Source of the DNA: Laetmonice hystrix
Lineage: Eukaryota
DNA: 64,000 nucleotides
Reading direction: 5' to 3'
NCBI GenBank assembly: GCA_965235115.1
Contig: OZ249442.1
Location: 18,910,001-18,974,000 of the forward strand
Program-made: the position numbers and the translations under genes
The notes under the pieces: generated by a model
Database searches by the model: none
Seen by the model: only the letters and a program-made list of their open reading frames with translations
Told to the model about the DNA's origin: nothing
In this document: positions 1 to 15,100 of the stretch, piece by piece
Layout: every line of letters begins with the position of its first letter
Numbering within the stretch: position 1 is the first letter of the stretch

Positions 1-3000
1 ATATACAGCCATCTCATATCGCCTAACGCCCAGTGATGGCTATTGTGCGTGTTAATTGCAACACCCGTCACCTTATTAGTCTTATATAAGTGCCTGGGTG
101 GGAATGTGTTCAGCTATGGCAGGCAGAGCCGTTGCTGTATTCATAAGTTACGTGGTTTTTATACATGTTAATCCGTATACAAGCACGGCTGGAGGGTTAT
201 GTGTTGTATATCATTAGGTGGTCAATTCATTAATAGTGCACATTCAGCAGATTCCTCCGCACCGGTGATTGTACCAACCGAGTGTTGCTAACCAGGACCC
301 CACCATGGGGTGGACCTCTCCACCACCGCGGCACAGTCCGGGAGGATCCTGTCACAGTTCTTCATCACACAACCTAGTATTTGGTATTAATATAAAACCG
401 TAAATAATTTAAAGATATACATGTCAGAGCTCCCAGGAAAGACAAAGAAGTTAAGGATTGACCTTTGCGGTTCTGGGAACTCTGTGTAGAAAAGTCATTA
501 TGTATGGGTTAGGTGTAACTGTGACCTGACTTTCGTTGTTGAAGTATTATTTAAGAGAAACTTTACATAAATGAGTAGTATTGGTAGAAGTCAAATGCTT
601 AGTAATAAAACGGAAAACACACATTCGATTCGAAATAATGAAAATGAGCATCTTTTGGTATCATTGGTTGAATCTTTCTAAATCTCTCTAAATCTGTTTT
701 AGAAATGGCAAGATGACGACAGTAAGTTTTAAAAGTCCTCAAAATTAGGTAAGGAGGGGTTTCTCAGGGGACACTGCACAGCCAGTTGATCTTGGTCTTT
801 TCAAAAATGTCTATGAAACAAACATTTCAGTCAGGATCACACCCAGTAGGAAGGTACAATGATCAGATAGATGTGCGTGTGTATGCAACCCTAGCCAGAC
901 GTTGTTCACTATCTGGGGTGAGATGAAGATGTCTGTGATGTAGGTGGGGTGGTGCCCGCCTTATGTAACCCTGCTACCCTCTGTCTGAGAGGGCCAGGGT
1001 CAAGTTTACGTGCTGCATGCATGGACCAGGGAGTCAGAATACGCTTTCTTTCATCTCTTCTCTTTCTGGTTCACTTGTCTTAGCTTTCCACCTCTCGGGA
1101 TCCAGGAACCAGCAAATGAAATGTTGGCACATAGCTCATTATGGTCGGACATCAAAGTGGATGAAGAATCAGAGTCAGGTATGGCACAAAGAAGGGCCCA
1201 GGGACATTAATGTAATTAGAGAAGACTGCAGTAACAGCACTGGTATAAAGATATGGAGTAACCAGGTATAACACTAATGTTTATCATACGACGACGCCCG
1301 ACCAATCTGCTATCCAAGTTCGCAGTCACTAGTCTGTCATGCAGGTACCGCGCAGGGAGCAAAACGGTTTTGTCTAAGAAAGGCATGTCATGAATCGTTC
1401 TCATTTAAGAGACTAAAACAGATTTCACATTAAGTGTGAATGCTTGACTACAAGCACATCAAATCCGAGACGCTTTATTATCAGGATTTCACCTTTCATT
1501 TTTATGGCGGCTGTCTTCCTAGTAGATCATAATTCATCGCTTGTGGTTGCCGGGGTTGAAACATAAAAATCTGTTACTGTTCCGTCATAGCGGGTGCAGT
1601 ATTTAAGTGGATGTCAATTTGACTCCCACTACATTCATTCTGACGAAAAAGGACTGGATTTTTTGACAGCTAAGATTTTGCTGGCATTTGCAGGATGTAT
1701 GGTTATAAAAGTCTGACTGATTACAATATTTGAGCGGAACATTTTGCAGAGCAATCACATCTTGAGCTGTAAATTACAAAAGGCTTTTAAAAAGACTGTT
1801 ATAGACTCTGATCTCAAGTGTCGGAGCTTGGCACCGACAAGCAACTTTAACATCTCCTTATGGTTGTACAATTACACACAGGCCACCATAAACTAACATA
1901 AGCCCCCATTTGTTTATAATAATGCAGTCTGCCGTCTTTATCTTTGCTTGGAATCAGAATGGAGACTGGAGGAAAAAACTCCCACGGGGAGGTGTCTGGC
2001 TTCTGTTACCCCCTGCTTGTTCTTCGTGCCCCATGATAGACAAAGACAGCAGCCATCTTGTCCATCGTAGTCACTCAGAAGGTGAGCTGGACGGCAATAC
2101 GCCACAGATGGCCACAATCTGTTCCACTGTTTATCACAATACCACGAAAATAGATCCATCATCAAGATCCATAAAGTATGGGTAAAGCCGGAAGAAGTCC
2201 TTCAGCCAGGGCCTGCCTTCAAACTGAGTGTAAATTTGGGTGCCATACTTGTGACCCGGCAGCGCCATTTTGCCTTGCCTTTTGTTAATAATGGCCGCAG
2301 CCACACTTCCTTCATAATTCCCACAGCAGTCAGACATCCGACAAAAATAGCGGCCAGCATTCAGGGGTAAAAAGCTACAAATACAAGGCGGATTGGAAGT
2401 TGGGCACAGCGATGGCGGGTTTGGGGAACCGGGTTTGCCCGACAGAGGTTGGTTGGGGGCAGGCAGGACAGCAGTGATCATCGGAACCATCGCCATCTTG
2501 GACGGCCTTCGTTAGGGTGTTATGGAATGTATGGATTTGGCGGGTCAGGCGCAATATGACATGCCGATCGTGGAGTGTTAATGTAGAGACTCGGGGCTAT
2601 GATTCATCCCGCTTCTCTGCTTGATACTGCCCATGTGACCTATTGGATACAGGCTCAACCATTATCTGCAGGGGTGGCAGGATGATGAGGGCAGGCCAAG
2701 TATCTCCAACCGACCTGCCCTCCCTTGGCCTTACACTTCCAAGCAGTGTCCTGACAGACGGGCACCCAGCTAAGGCAGTCATTCACGCCGCTCTCAGTCC
2801 GAGTCATATTTGGGGGGAAATGCCAATATTTGGGATTCAACGAGCAGTTTGACTTATCAATGTTGAGTCGAATCAATGAGTACTGGTGTTGAATTTGGCT
2901 GTGAGGGGGCAGCAGTGTACGGTGGTCGGCAAAGAACCTCATGTCATGGCAGTGTCGGGGTGGGATGGCCGGCCACACCACCACTTAGTCTGCACATTAT

Positions 3001-3662
3001 GAAGGCAGGACTTTGGGTCATTTCTATGGTTAACCATACAACTTTTTACATAAGGGGGTTCTCTCAAAGACTGTCGGGTCAAATTCTGGCAGTTCTGACT
3101 TGAACGGAATGTTAAAGATGAGGGATCATCACCCACACTGTACCTCACCCTCTTTCAGGTAGGCTGCTCGTCTCATACAGCCAGTTCACAGCTATTGATT
3201 TTTTTTCATAAGAGAAAAAAAGGCACAGCAGGAGACAAAATCTGTCTCCATTTCATCCTTTAATGACAAAGGATGTAGAAAAAACAGATCACGGCACTCT
3301 ACCGGAATGATAGACGAAAAAATAAGAAACAGATGAGACTTATAGAGTTCTCCCTAATCCCTTTTTCAATGATTTTACCCAAAGCTTTACATGTGATGTA
3401 AAATTTATCCGTGGTATCCGACTTATTTTACCTTTGAGTGAACTGAAAGCCTGGGAGCAAGATGTTTATAGTTTGAGAGATAGACTTGCTGGCTGCGCAC
3501 TAGACCAGACTGACGTGTTGCTTGTGTGTTATGATTTTAAGCAGTGTTCAATCAATAGGCATAATTAAACAATTTCATGAATATTATGAATGGTGATGTG
3601 TGTATGATCGATCGTATTAATGACACATGCACAGATGGAATAAGTATGACTGTTACCAGTCA

Positions 3663-3676
3663 GTTGCCATAGCAAC
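3663..3676. promoter_or_regulatory. RFX X-box motif
   Basis: GTTGCCATAGCAAC is 13/14 identical to the palindromic X-box GTTGCCATGGCAAC. Confidence 0.55.
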
Positions 3677-6600
3677 TCGCAGGGAATTTCTAAATGACTA
3701 TGATGTATGCTCCCGATCGATGGCTGAGAAATATACGACAGTGGTGGTGATCACGGGGGTTGCCGACTGAAATCGTCATTATTGATGATTGCTAGCACGC
3801 ACAACAAAAATAGGATGATTTTTATGCAAAAAGTCCTGTTAATTGTAAAGATCACTGAGTGCAATTCCAGTTTGAATGCGTTTCACAGCACTTGACTTGG
3901 TGAAACCACATGTCTGTGGGCAGGGTGCCTGGTACTAGTAAAAAGTGTTGAATTTTACATAGCTAAGTGTAATTATACCCTGGACATTGAAAAACCCCGG
4001 GCTCAGTCTAGGATGTTGGTGCTGTAGTTTTCCTGATCACCCTGTCCAAATATAGTTTTGCACTTCAGGTGTTTATTAGCCAACGTGCGTCACTGTCGAC
4101 GGAAACCCCGCTCATATTCATCGGTATTTTCTTCCAGTTTTTCATCCACTTAACGTCTAACAAAGGCTTTCTTTTATAAAGATTGATGTTGAGAGGTGCA
4201 TCGTGATGATACTTGGCATAATGTGACCTAATTAAAGTGTTTGATGTGGGTGCACCGGATGCAGCGAGATGAAGGCTTTATTGTGGGCACTCGTTGTCGG
4301 CCTTTGATTCTCAAAAGCCATCGTTATGCAAGGACGAAATATATGAGCGCAAAGAGTCCTTTTAGCCTTTGTTCTTGGCCATCACTAATGTTGTGTTGTC
4401 TTTGTTTCATGTTTTCAGGTGAGTAGTACGAAGTCTGGCGTTGCTTACCTTACCTGTAACTTGGAGTTTGGTGACGTACCGCAGCAGGCCGCCAAGATGA
4501 TGGTATCAGTACTTCTTGCATTAATCAAACTCAATCTACGCCTGCAGATATCCAACTATAATTTTACCAATGTCAAAACTTTATTAAATTCCATTATACA
4601 CAGTACACACACCGATGTAGGTAAAGATGTGCACATATTAAATCTAATACAATGGGTTCTTAAAAACTTAAATATCTCTATATAAAGATGATAAAAAAAT
4701 GTTCTCTTCAAATATATCTTATCCATACTAATTAACAGTATACAATTTGTCATGAAAGCTTTTCAAAACTTAAAATTTCTAACCCCTACCTACATTTCCA
4801 TATACAAAGGAATACCCGCATATAAATTACATCTATAGTAACACCAGGTAGCATTTAAAATCCTCCCATTTGTCGGACAGTTTTGAAAAGAAACTTTTAC
4901 GCTCGTAATAGATGAAAATGAAATACGATATGGATGGTGGAGAGTGTTTTTATCAGAACAATGTGTTACTTTTATCTGGATGGTACGTGTTTGTCTGAAG
5001 AACCTTGAGCTGTCCGGTTCTTTGATGCATGTTTTGTTTGATTTGCAATCGTAATTCTTCCATTAATATAAGAAATCGGAATGTGTCTTAGCGTTTCCTA
5101 ATTAGTCTCATCTAGTCACTATATAGGATAACAAGCTTTACCAAGTAGAATTTCTTTCTAGTGGTTTTTAAACGCTTTTATTGATTCAAACCGTCTTTGT
5201 AAATTACAATCTAGATGCATAGTTGTTAGGCTTTTCAAGTAGAAGATATAAACATGTGGTTTACCTATATGACAGTGTGTCTGCAGGAACTCTTTTTGAA
5301 TTCCTACTTCTCCTTTGTCAACAGTGCTTAGACAGGTTGGCAGCTTCCTAGACCCAGAGAGAAGGGTTCAAGCCATATGATATGTCTTGATTAGAAATTA
5401 CAGAATGACGGAGCCGCAGTGAAGGACCGTGATGCAGGTGGTCCCTTCTTCATTCTGTGGTCTTTGTTGTTGCTTCCTCCTCCTTAGAACCTTGGGCGTC
5501 ATCCACACCATTAGCGGCTGTCAATAGTAAATAGGCTCGGCACCCAGCACTCATCAGTACAAATGTCTGTCCACAAACGTCAGGCCACCTACATTGTTTC
5601 TGAGTGCAGCTCTTAAATGAGGAGAATGCTCATTAGCTCTTGACCAGAAGGAACGTGTTTAGCTTTGTACAAGTGACCAGTGGCTAGAGTGGAGCATTCA
5701 AAATAAGTGACCATGGGGAGCGTGAGAAAAATCAGTCTGGACTTCACAAAATGTGTCCCTGGTGTGTATGCCCCAGGATTATGACCCCCCCCCTCCCGTA
5801 TACAAATAAATAAAACAATATAAATAGGTATCCTTAGGTTAGATGTGTATATAGTAACATCTACGTGTGTATATTTCTGTTTGAGAGTAGTTTAGATGAT
5901 TTCCTCTCAGACGTACTAATAGACTGCAAATCATAATCATCATCAGACCCACTAGGTTTATTAATTACGGCTATAAGCAGCCATTTTTGGCCTTTGCAGT
6001 CACTGCTGAACTTTGATGTGACTGCGGCCGTTAGAGTCACCGACAGATCTAGATTTCCTCCGATGAAAATCAATTATAACTGACCCATAACTTAAAAATG
6101 TGTCTAAGCGGAGACCTGGTTGTATTTTAACCTGGTTATATATAGGAGGTATAGGCAGATGTAACTGGCAGGTGTTGGCAGCCGTCTTGCCCTCTTTAAA
6201 ACAGTGCTGTCTACTGGACTGAGTTCAGACATACCGGTTCATGAGTATAGATGCCAGTATTGCATACGTTTATCACAGTACTGTCATATGTATTGGGCTA
6301 GTTTCAAAAAGGCAATTAAAGGCACGTTTAGTGGACTGTCCAGTTAGACCCAACATTGGCCTTGGGGACTAGGATCAAACCTGACCAACTGACCAACTTT
6401 TTTTCTATCTAACCAACCATGTGATGATATTTTAGTTGAATACTAGCTGGCTCCTTGAGTCCTTAATACAATTCTATGCTTATACTGGCACCAATCTTTC
6501 ATAAGCTTGCGTCTTCAAAAAGTCTGTGATTTGTTTATTATTCATGTTCGGTAGTTTTTAGTAGATATCGTAGTCTTCTCAAACTGGATTATAAGAACTG

Positions 6601-8917
6601 CACATATATTAATATACACAAGAGAGAGATTGGCTTTTGACATTGACTTAGGATGAATACTCCACGACAGAGCTATATAGTGGACCTTTCCGCTTGAATT
6701 TTCACATTGACATCTTCATTTGAAAACATTTTGAGATTGTATGGGGTATGGGGTCTGAATAGAAGTGTTACTACTTTACTCAGTTATAGAAAAACATACT
6801 TGAGTGTCTGTTGTTATTTGGGTAGCAATAAACCATTAATTTCACCCCCGTAGGACAAGTCGACACGCAGTCCCGTTTTTCTTTTTTAACTTGAGTAAAA
6901 TGTTTCACACATGAGTCAATTATCGGGCCTCTTTCGCTTGGGCTTTTACTGGAAGGGTCAACCTGTTGTAGTTGTAAATTCGGCGCCGCTCACAGAGTCT
7001 TTTGTCCCACGGCATGGCAATCTTCTGAGCTACATTTGTCACTGGCAATTGTTTCTCGACCAAACAAAAACTCGGTCCCCTCCTACCCCACCCCGTCCCC
7101 CCATTACTGGCCGACATCGACGGTGCACCCCCAACGACTCGCTCGCTGCCGTTTCATTAAAAGTTTCTGGAAAGCATTATAATTACAAAAATATATCCTT
7201 CTATCCCTAGATAATAGCCACATAGAGGGATGGGCCAGTCCGAGTGTGGGTAGAATATTGTTAAAAAACAATGAAGCCCGGTGCAGGCCTGAGATAAATG
7301 GAGATACCCATAATCAGACGAAAACCATCCACGGCTTTCTCTCACAGAGGGACGTCGGATCAATCTTTCGGAGCTCAGTGAGAAGTTTGGGGTGGTGTGC
7401 AAAAATGTTGACATGGGAGCGGTGCAATTACGTGCTGTAGGCGCTTTGTGGCCGGTCACAGTTGGCACTGCACAGGTGTGTAACGCCGCCAATTAGTGCA
7501 TTTTTCGACGTACGTCCCGCCAAATTCCTACTCCATATTTCCACCGGATTGGCTGGTCTGAAAACTTCGTCATGGTTCACTGCTTGCTGGACGGGGTAAT
7601 TTTCTGATCAGCTTTTTCTCCACTTTAAATGCCAGATGTGGTGTCGCGGACATATATCAGTGCCATCAATCGTTAATGCATTAGTTGTAGAAAGACTGGA
7701 CTTGGGAGCAAGCAATGCTTTTGAAAAAAAACTAGTTATATAGTTGTGGTCGGATGCAGGTACAATGTATAGAGATCGGGAATTCTGCAGAAAGCTGGCC
7801 AGTCACTGGCGACTGTGGGATCGGCTGTGAATCGGACAGACAATGGGAGTCTGTAGGAAGAATCGGTACATGTCCGTATGCAGTGTTTCTATTGCAGTTG
7901 ACGGTATATGCATCTCTCAATGTGTCTTGAAGAAACGACATTCGTCTGCGTCATAAACGCTACCCATTCTGAGATCCTGATATAACCGCCAAGTTCAATA
8001 GGACGGGACTGTTCTGTTGTTCGGGACTTTATAATCTCAGAGTCAAACCTTTACGCCGCAAAATTGAGCTCTTTGATGGAGCAGACGCAGAGAGAACACC
8101 AGTCGACATGTGTCAATCTGACAGGGATCCAATCAAACATCACCTGCCCTAAGCTGCTGATTTCGAATTGATTTACTTCAACTTAAACCCATTAAACTGA
8201 CATAAGTTGAGAAGACTGTGACAACACTTTGGTAACTTGGATACCTGATATCTGATGTGTTCTTAATGTTTAGGTAAATCTGGGCTCGTGAGAAGAGACC
8301 TAATTTTAAGTGTTAAAAAATAAATTATATTCTATCCGGCGACTACGTGTCCATACCTCTGAACTAGTCGTTATTAAAGACCATTTTGAAGATAAATACC
8401 AATCAGTATTTACAATTTGGTTCATTATAATAAAAAGCAGGGTTCCAATATGGAAAGCCTTAAGGGGAGCTTAATTGTTATATATTAATAATTAATCAAA
8501 TTATTCTGTTTATATGGCTGTATATTTGTATATAGAAAGCCCTCAGCGAGTTTGAATCTTCTAGGTACCAGATGTGTAGAGGACGAGTAATGATGCTCTA
8601 CATGAGGCTGACATAATTTGCTCATCATGATTCGGAGGGGGGGGGGGTGATATTTGTAGGAGCTGTCACTGGCCACCAAGATCCGCCAGGGCCAAGCTTC
8701 AAGCTCCGCTCATCAAGAGCTGCTAATTTGGACCACGTGACATGTCTACACGCTTGATCTTCTTACTCAGGGGTATACCCGCCTTCACATCATCATCAGC
8801 AGGGATTTCACACCTCTTGACCGGGTGAAAAACAAGCATCATGCATTTGAAAAGGGCCACCATTTGCAAGACCAACCCTCACTATTTCTAAATAGAGTCT
8901 ACCCCCTGAAAATCATA

Positions 8918-9111
8918 AAATGAATCAGGTCTCGAAATGTATTCTTGGGGGAGCGGGTGTCTCAGTTTAAACTCCTTCTTGTATGCGACCTATATTAATA
9001 TAATTATAACATATAAAAGTTTTACGTAGGTGTCCATAGGTCACCTATAGCCTAACCGTAATAAGAGATTTCCCCAATTAAATAGCTAATTTCATATTTT
9101 GATCTTCATTT
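8918..9111. mobile_element. Possible old, degenerate MITE
   Basis: Ends aaatgaa...ttggggga and ttccccaa...ttcattt are loosely inverted, with an internal ataggtcacctat palindrome and a cctaacc motif. No TSD seen. Confidence 0.25.
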
Positions 9112-12100
9112 GAACCATCACAACCTCTAAAAATGACGTTGTTTGATAGTATTTCTTAAGTTGTTACGCTTGGCAGGAAGTTCACATTTTATATATGCAC
9201 TATTGCAGTGAATTATTGGTAGTCGCCTTATTCGTAGAGGTGACCACACGAATCGTATTCGTGTGTGATCTCTTGCCTGAATGAATGTGCCCATCCTGAA
9301 ACTAGGCCGCTGCTTTCTAGGTCAGACAACATGTGACCGGAAGTGCTGTGCCCTGATAGGCTGTTGCTGGTTTGAGCCAGTCAAGATAGCCCAGTGTCCG
9401 ATGATCGAACGTTGCTGGGAACAACTCACTTGACGACACGTGTTTAATCAGATTTGTTCCAAGAATATGATGCGGTTTCCTCATCTTGACGAGGAATCCC
9501 AACTAAGGCGTGCTCACACTATGCGGCAGACCAGCATTATGGGATAGCGGTCACCATGTGGTCGGCTCCTTTGTGACATTGATCATACAGGGCAGCAAGC
9601 AGCAGGTATATGAAACTATATGAGGGGTGTTTATGAAGCCCGCCCGACACAGACAGATACGGCAGTGGACAACGAAGGCAGCGGCCATTGTTCTGTGGAC
9701 TCCTCCTTTGACATGACATTGACAGAATGTTGGTCGCTATAGATAATAGAAACGTATTAAATTAGGGCGTGTGAGAAACTGGGTGGGCTGTCATTAGAGT
9801 GGCTTGTTCAAGCATGTGACTTGACCACAAAGGCTTGTTCGGCAAAGACGGCACATAAACCCCAGTGGTGTGGTCGGCCCGCCTTTCAGCCTGCTGCAAA
9901 TACACTGATAACATGCTGCAATGAATGTGCAATTAAAATGGCCGCCCAAAGTTTGTCTGTCGGCCGCTACAAAGGAACGCGCTGTACATTATGGCTGCGT
10001 TGAATGGCCATATCAAGTTGGGGCCTGCCCATCCTGGTGCCAATCTCCAGCGGGAAGGGTGTCAACACTCGAACGCACACAGAAAACAAGACATAATCTT
10101 GGTAGCCAAGAAGCTTTGGAAAGAAACCCATGTACAAATGATGCAGTTGTCTTCAGAGGTGATCTTGATTTTGTCTGAATTCCATGCCGTTTGTGTGCAT
10201 GCAATAGGATTACGTGCACACGAGCCTGGCACACATTACACAGGTGAAAGGAGCAGTGCATGTGGCCTCCTTGACAGCCAAAAGAATTGTCAATTACATC
10301 TCGCTCATACTATACCTGCTAGGATTGCCAAATCTTCACCAGCCAATAGATAAAAGCGAACCATGTGCCCACAAGTCGTTTCATTTACCAAAGTAGAAGC
10401 AGTTTGTATGACTGCAGGCACAAAGTCTGTGTCTGTTTCTTTGGCAGCCACTTGGACAAGTACATCTGACGTGCATTGGCAAGGCTCTTATTTCAACATT
10501 TTCCACAGAAATGCATAGCGATATCTTCCTCTGAAATCCTGTGCTCATTAAAGATCCTTAAGCGAATTCAATCACTCTGTTTGTTTCCGTTCGTTGCATC
10601 CATGTTGAGGAAACTTTGGAGGGGTTCTGGTCATCAGCTAAGGTCGGTGCTTTCTGAAAGTTAATTTGACGAATGAGATAATGGTACATACAACAAACCG
10701 AGATGTTCTGTCGTTGAATCCGGTTGCTATTGAATAATCTGCAGTGTTTGCTGGAATTCGCTGTAGAGTATTTTTACTTTCTTGATACATGTACATGTTT
10801 TGGGCATTAAAGTTTTTTCTGTGTGTAGAAATGAGTGAAGTGGAGTTGTTCTGGCGGTGGCGGTCATCTAGTAGGAAGGCGTGGGAGCAGATGGTACACT
10901 ACGGTCAGCAGCTGAGTGAGCAGTGGTCAGTTAGGACACATCTGTTACTGAGAGTCAGCCGAGGTGTGGACCCAACTGGTGCGCCGGACGTGATCACATA
11001 CTCACACACACAATTGGTGCTGAGTGAGTTAGATCCGCCGCCATGTGCAGCACCCGCTAACACAAACTGGCAAGGAGGACCACACTACACGATGGTGTCT
11101 TCAGACTGCCGTGGAGCTCAACACAACTCAGATACGAAGGACTCGGCGAGCTGTCCATTGATAACACGTTCTGAGCTTCCCATTGATAGCGCTGAGCTCG
11201 CTGCTCATGCAGACGTGACATTACAGTGGTGAGCCGTTCAGTGGTAGTAAACATTGAGCTTCCCGACCAATTGATACTATTGGTGCTTGCCGCCAGCACC
11301 GAAACCTCTTTGAGCTAACTATTGATAGGTCTGCTCCTTCCTCACTGTTGGAACTACCTGAAACATGAACAAAGGGATCTTGTCAACAATGATAGGCAGT
11401 TTCTTGAAGCGATGGCTTAAAGTCGCCATGACGTTTAATTTTGGGAAACTAGAGTTCTAAGCCAAAGTTGATGGTGAGTATTGAGTATGCAGAAGTGGGG
11501 GTGACCTTTGCCAGGACCTCAAAAAATGTTAGTGTTGGACAGCAAGATATCCTGATGAAAACAATTGATAAATACAAAAGCTGGATGGTATTTTCTGTTT
11601 TTCACTGATACTGATAAAAGCGATAGCATAGATGTGCATAGATTTTTTATTTGGTCATGGTATAGAGCGTTGGTTCCGAGGTCGCATGGATTCAGCGTGG
11701 AGTGACTGCCGGACTGATGCTAAGCCAGTTTAAGGACAGATGATAGGATACATGAAAACATTCAGGGTCACGGGGGGAAACACGAAGGACGTGGCCAGGT
11801 TTTAGACAGATTGCCCCAGAAACTGGCACTGACTCGTACGACGAGCCTTATTTTTCTTGTTTGTAGCTTTTAACGTTTGTTGGCCGTTGACGACTGACGT
11901 CGAGGTCATTTGAGGTTTACGTGAGAATTGAAAATTAGTGGTATGCCATCGACGCTTACACGTGAATAGGAAAACAAGAGGAATTTCATATGCACTTAGA
12001 AATGGTATGATAGCAAAGTACAGGAAGAAATCATCTAAATACTCTACTCCGAAATGTAAGTCTTCGGTATGTGACCTTGTACACATACATATTTGACACA

Positions 12101-15100
12101 ATAAAAATGTGAGGTCACCATCTGGCTCGCCTGTCATATTCTGGTATATTTATTCCACCTTGAAAAATTTTATGCGAAAAGTATTCCTTTTGATGGTCAG
12201 CTTGTATGTCCACAGAAAGTGTGGTATGGTGCACATAAATGTTGAAGATTGCAAAAGGTAATATTTTGGAGCTTCTTTTGGAGTGACTTGTGAAGGGAAA
12301 TGACATGTTTCATGGAAGATGAACTGTTGGCCATCCTTTTCCTCTGTCGGCGGGGCTGCAGCATGTTGTGTGCAGAGCATACATGGGCTGTGCACTGATT
12401 GTGCACTATGTGCACTTTGACAGGCTTGGAGCACCAGCTTCTGTTGTATGCTTGCTGATGACGACCCTCTTGATGACTGATAGGAGGCAGAGGGCAGGCC
12501 GTAGAGCTAGCATGACCTAACCTCTCTGCATCGGCCAAGGGTGCAGCTTGATGGATGGCTCCACTAGGTCCAACTGGCCATTGGTCAGTATGAATGATGG
12601 TCAGGGGACAAGACCAGTACATCACCAGCTAGATGCCCAGTGTCCAGTTGCTGGTCTTGGCCACTGGCACCACAGACAGTCACTCATTAACTGCGTTACT
12701 TCACCAGGCCACAACTCATGTCAACTGGCACAGACTTAATACCAGTAATTGACTCCACTGATGTGGGCGCTACAAGCAAAAATATCCAACGCAGATGTTT
12801 CTGGTTTCTTTCTGAAATACAACGTTTGAAAATTTATAAATGATAAACTGTCAAAAAGGAAAGGCATACAGTACTTTTAGAGATACAAGCGGGTTGGTTC
12901 TTAGAAAATATGAATAGATGATGTTTGTGTTCACGTACAGGAGTACCGATTATATTACACCTTCACGTTTCTGACTATTTCAAGAAGAAAAACAGAGAAA
13001 GGTGCAGATCGGGTAACAGTATCCTTTTGGAAGGAGGAAAATTTAATCGAGTCGTGATGGTGGTTCTTGGGTGTACAAGCTATACGTCTCAAATGTAGAT
13101 TGATTAGTAATTAAATTTCTTCATTAAAAGAGAAGAGAGGAGAGGGTCAGGTAGCGAGCATGTTTAGGTATAGTCTGAGGTATAGCTGCCCTGTCGGCTG
13201 GACGGGCAAGACGTGGCTGGAACCATCAGTGAAGAAGACCCAGCAGCGCCGAGAGGGTGGGCAAGGTTGCCGCTATAAATCACGTCAAATTGTGGCCGAG
13301 CAGGTAATTTGTTAAGGTGTCCACACATGTCTGTGGTGATGAATGCTAGTCAAGGAAGGCAGTCAGGGAACACAGGCAGGTGATTCGAGGTAGGTGGAAG
13401 GGTGGGGGTGGGGGTGGGCACTACAGAGGACCCAAATAGACAAATCAATCCGGTGCTATCTCCCGGTAATCGCTCCTATCGCTGTATTCATAAATTTGCA
13501 TGAAAATAAGACGCTCAGCTCGATTATTTCAATCTTTTCGGTTTGAAAATGTAGTAAAAGTGATTTATTAAAAGCATACTTATAACATAACATAATGGAA
13601 TGAAAGTTAAGAAGACGTCAACTGGAAACGCTATGTTCGGTGCCAATGGTAGCTAGGTACAATATTAGGTCCTTGAGGAAATATTCGGGTCTGAAATTCT
13701 GTTTTGAAAATGGTTTCCAACCCCCAAAAGACATATTGATAAATAGACAGCTAACATTGGGTTTGTGGTGTGGTGTAGTTGGACACTGCAGATTCTGCCT
13801 AGGTGTAAACGAACGATATTTTGAGAGTCTCGATGTCTGCTTCTTTGAAATAACCTAAATTGGATATGTGTAGTTTATCTCCTAACATAAGAGGCAGGAT
13901 ATGTAGTCTAAAGACCTGTAAGTGTCCTCGGCCTGATGGCTGGTATATAATAGACGGCCACACGTACCGCTAGCGGGACCATTGCAGACAATGTGATAAG
14001 AACTGCTATCACTGGGGGATGAAGACTATATGTGAGTCAGTATGCAGACAACGTGGGTTGAGTGGAGAGCTAAAAGCTACCTGCAGCAGGCCATGCAGAC
14101 CTACAGCTGCAAATGTCGCTGTGGTCACTGCATCCCGTATATGCTAGGGGCCGAGATGCAGTGACAGGTTACAGGGAATGGGGCGAGCGTCACAGCACAG
14201 CCAAGTTAAACAATACACAACCCAATCAGGGGGAACACGACTTTCTTGGTTTAGCCATTGTAAAAAGTTGGCGTAGGATGTTGTGACACAATAAACAGGA
14301 ACAAGGACATCCTCGTGAAACCAGTACATAAACACACAGACATGAAAAAAAATCAAGGGCGATGGATTCCCCCTGTTTTCTCATAGTATAATATGATTAA
14401 CTTGTCCCACAAAGTCTTGGTGGGAACTTAACGAATGATATGGCTTCACAAGTGGGTGGGGTATTGGATTTCCAGTTATGTGGACGCGAGGGCACAGTGA
14501 CATATAGTCGGACACTGTAGCCTCCCCGAGACAATGTGAATGCTATCATATCAGATAGAACAGTTAAAACATCTTGGCCTGTCAAAACAATATGGTGCCT
14601 AAAACAGTAAAGGAATTAGTCCGGTATGCTTGTGATATTGCTGTTAAGGCCAGATGGTGAGGGGCATAGCTGCGCCATGTTGAAGGCTTAAGCGGCACGT
14701 TGTCACCAATTTTTATATGTGGCATGATAAGGGAGATGTGGCAAAGAAAGGCAGAGGGGGTTGTTTGGTGAAGGTAATGATGATGATGGCGATGCTGAGA
14801 AACAAGTCTTAAGCAGGCTGTGAGGACTGCACTAATGAGACATGTCTTGGCAGCCAAGTTGGTCTGCCATCATTATGAGGTGTTTGAGCATGTTTCTTCT
14901 CCTTTCTCTCCCCTGTCTGCACTTTTCTTTGTCCTCCCACCATGGCCACAAATGCTCCTTTGTGGGGTGGACTTTTGCTGATTGGCATAATTTCATATTC
15001 GTATTATTACCGCGGCATTCGGAGCAGGGGGAGGGGCAAGTTCTGGAGCGAGCTGTCCGTCCACCGTGCTCTCATAATTGTCACATTTATCCTTGTTTCC

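Noticed and set aside
4540-4880. AT-rich block as a NUMT or retroelement tail
   Set aside because: No recognisable mitochondrial gene or RT motif in the translations, and no poly-A/TSD structure seen.
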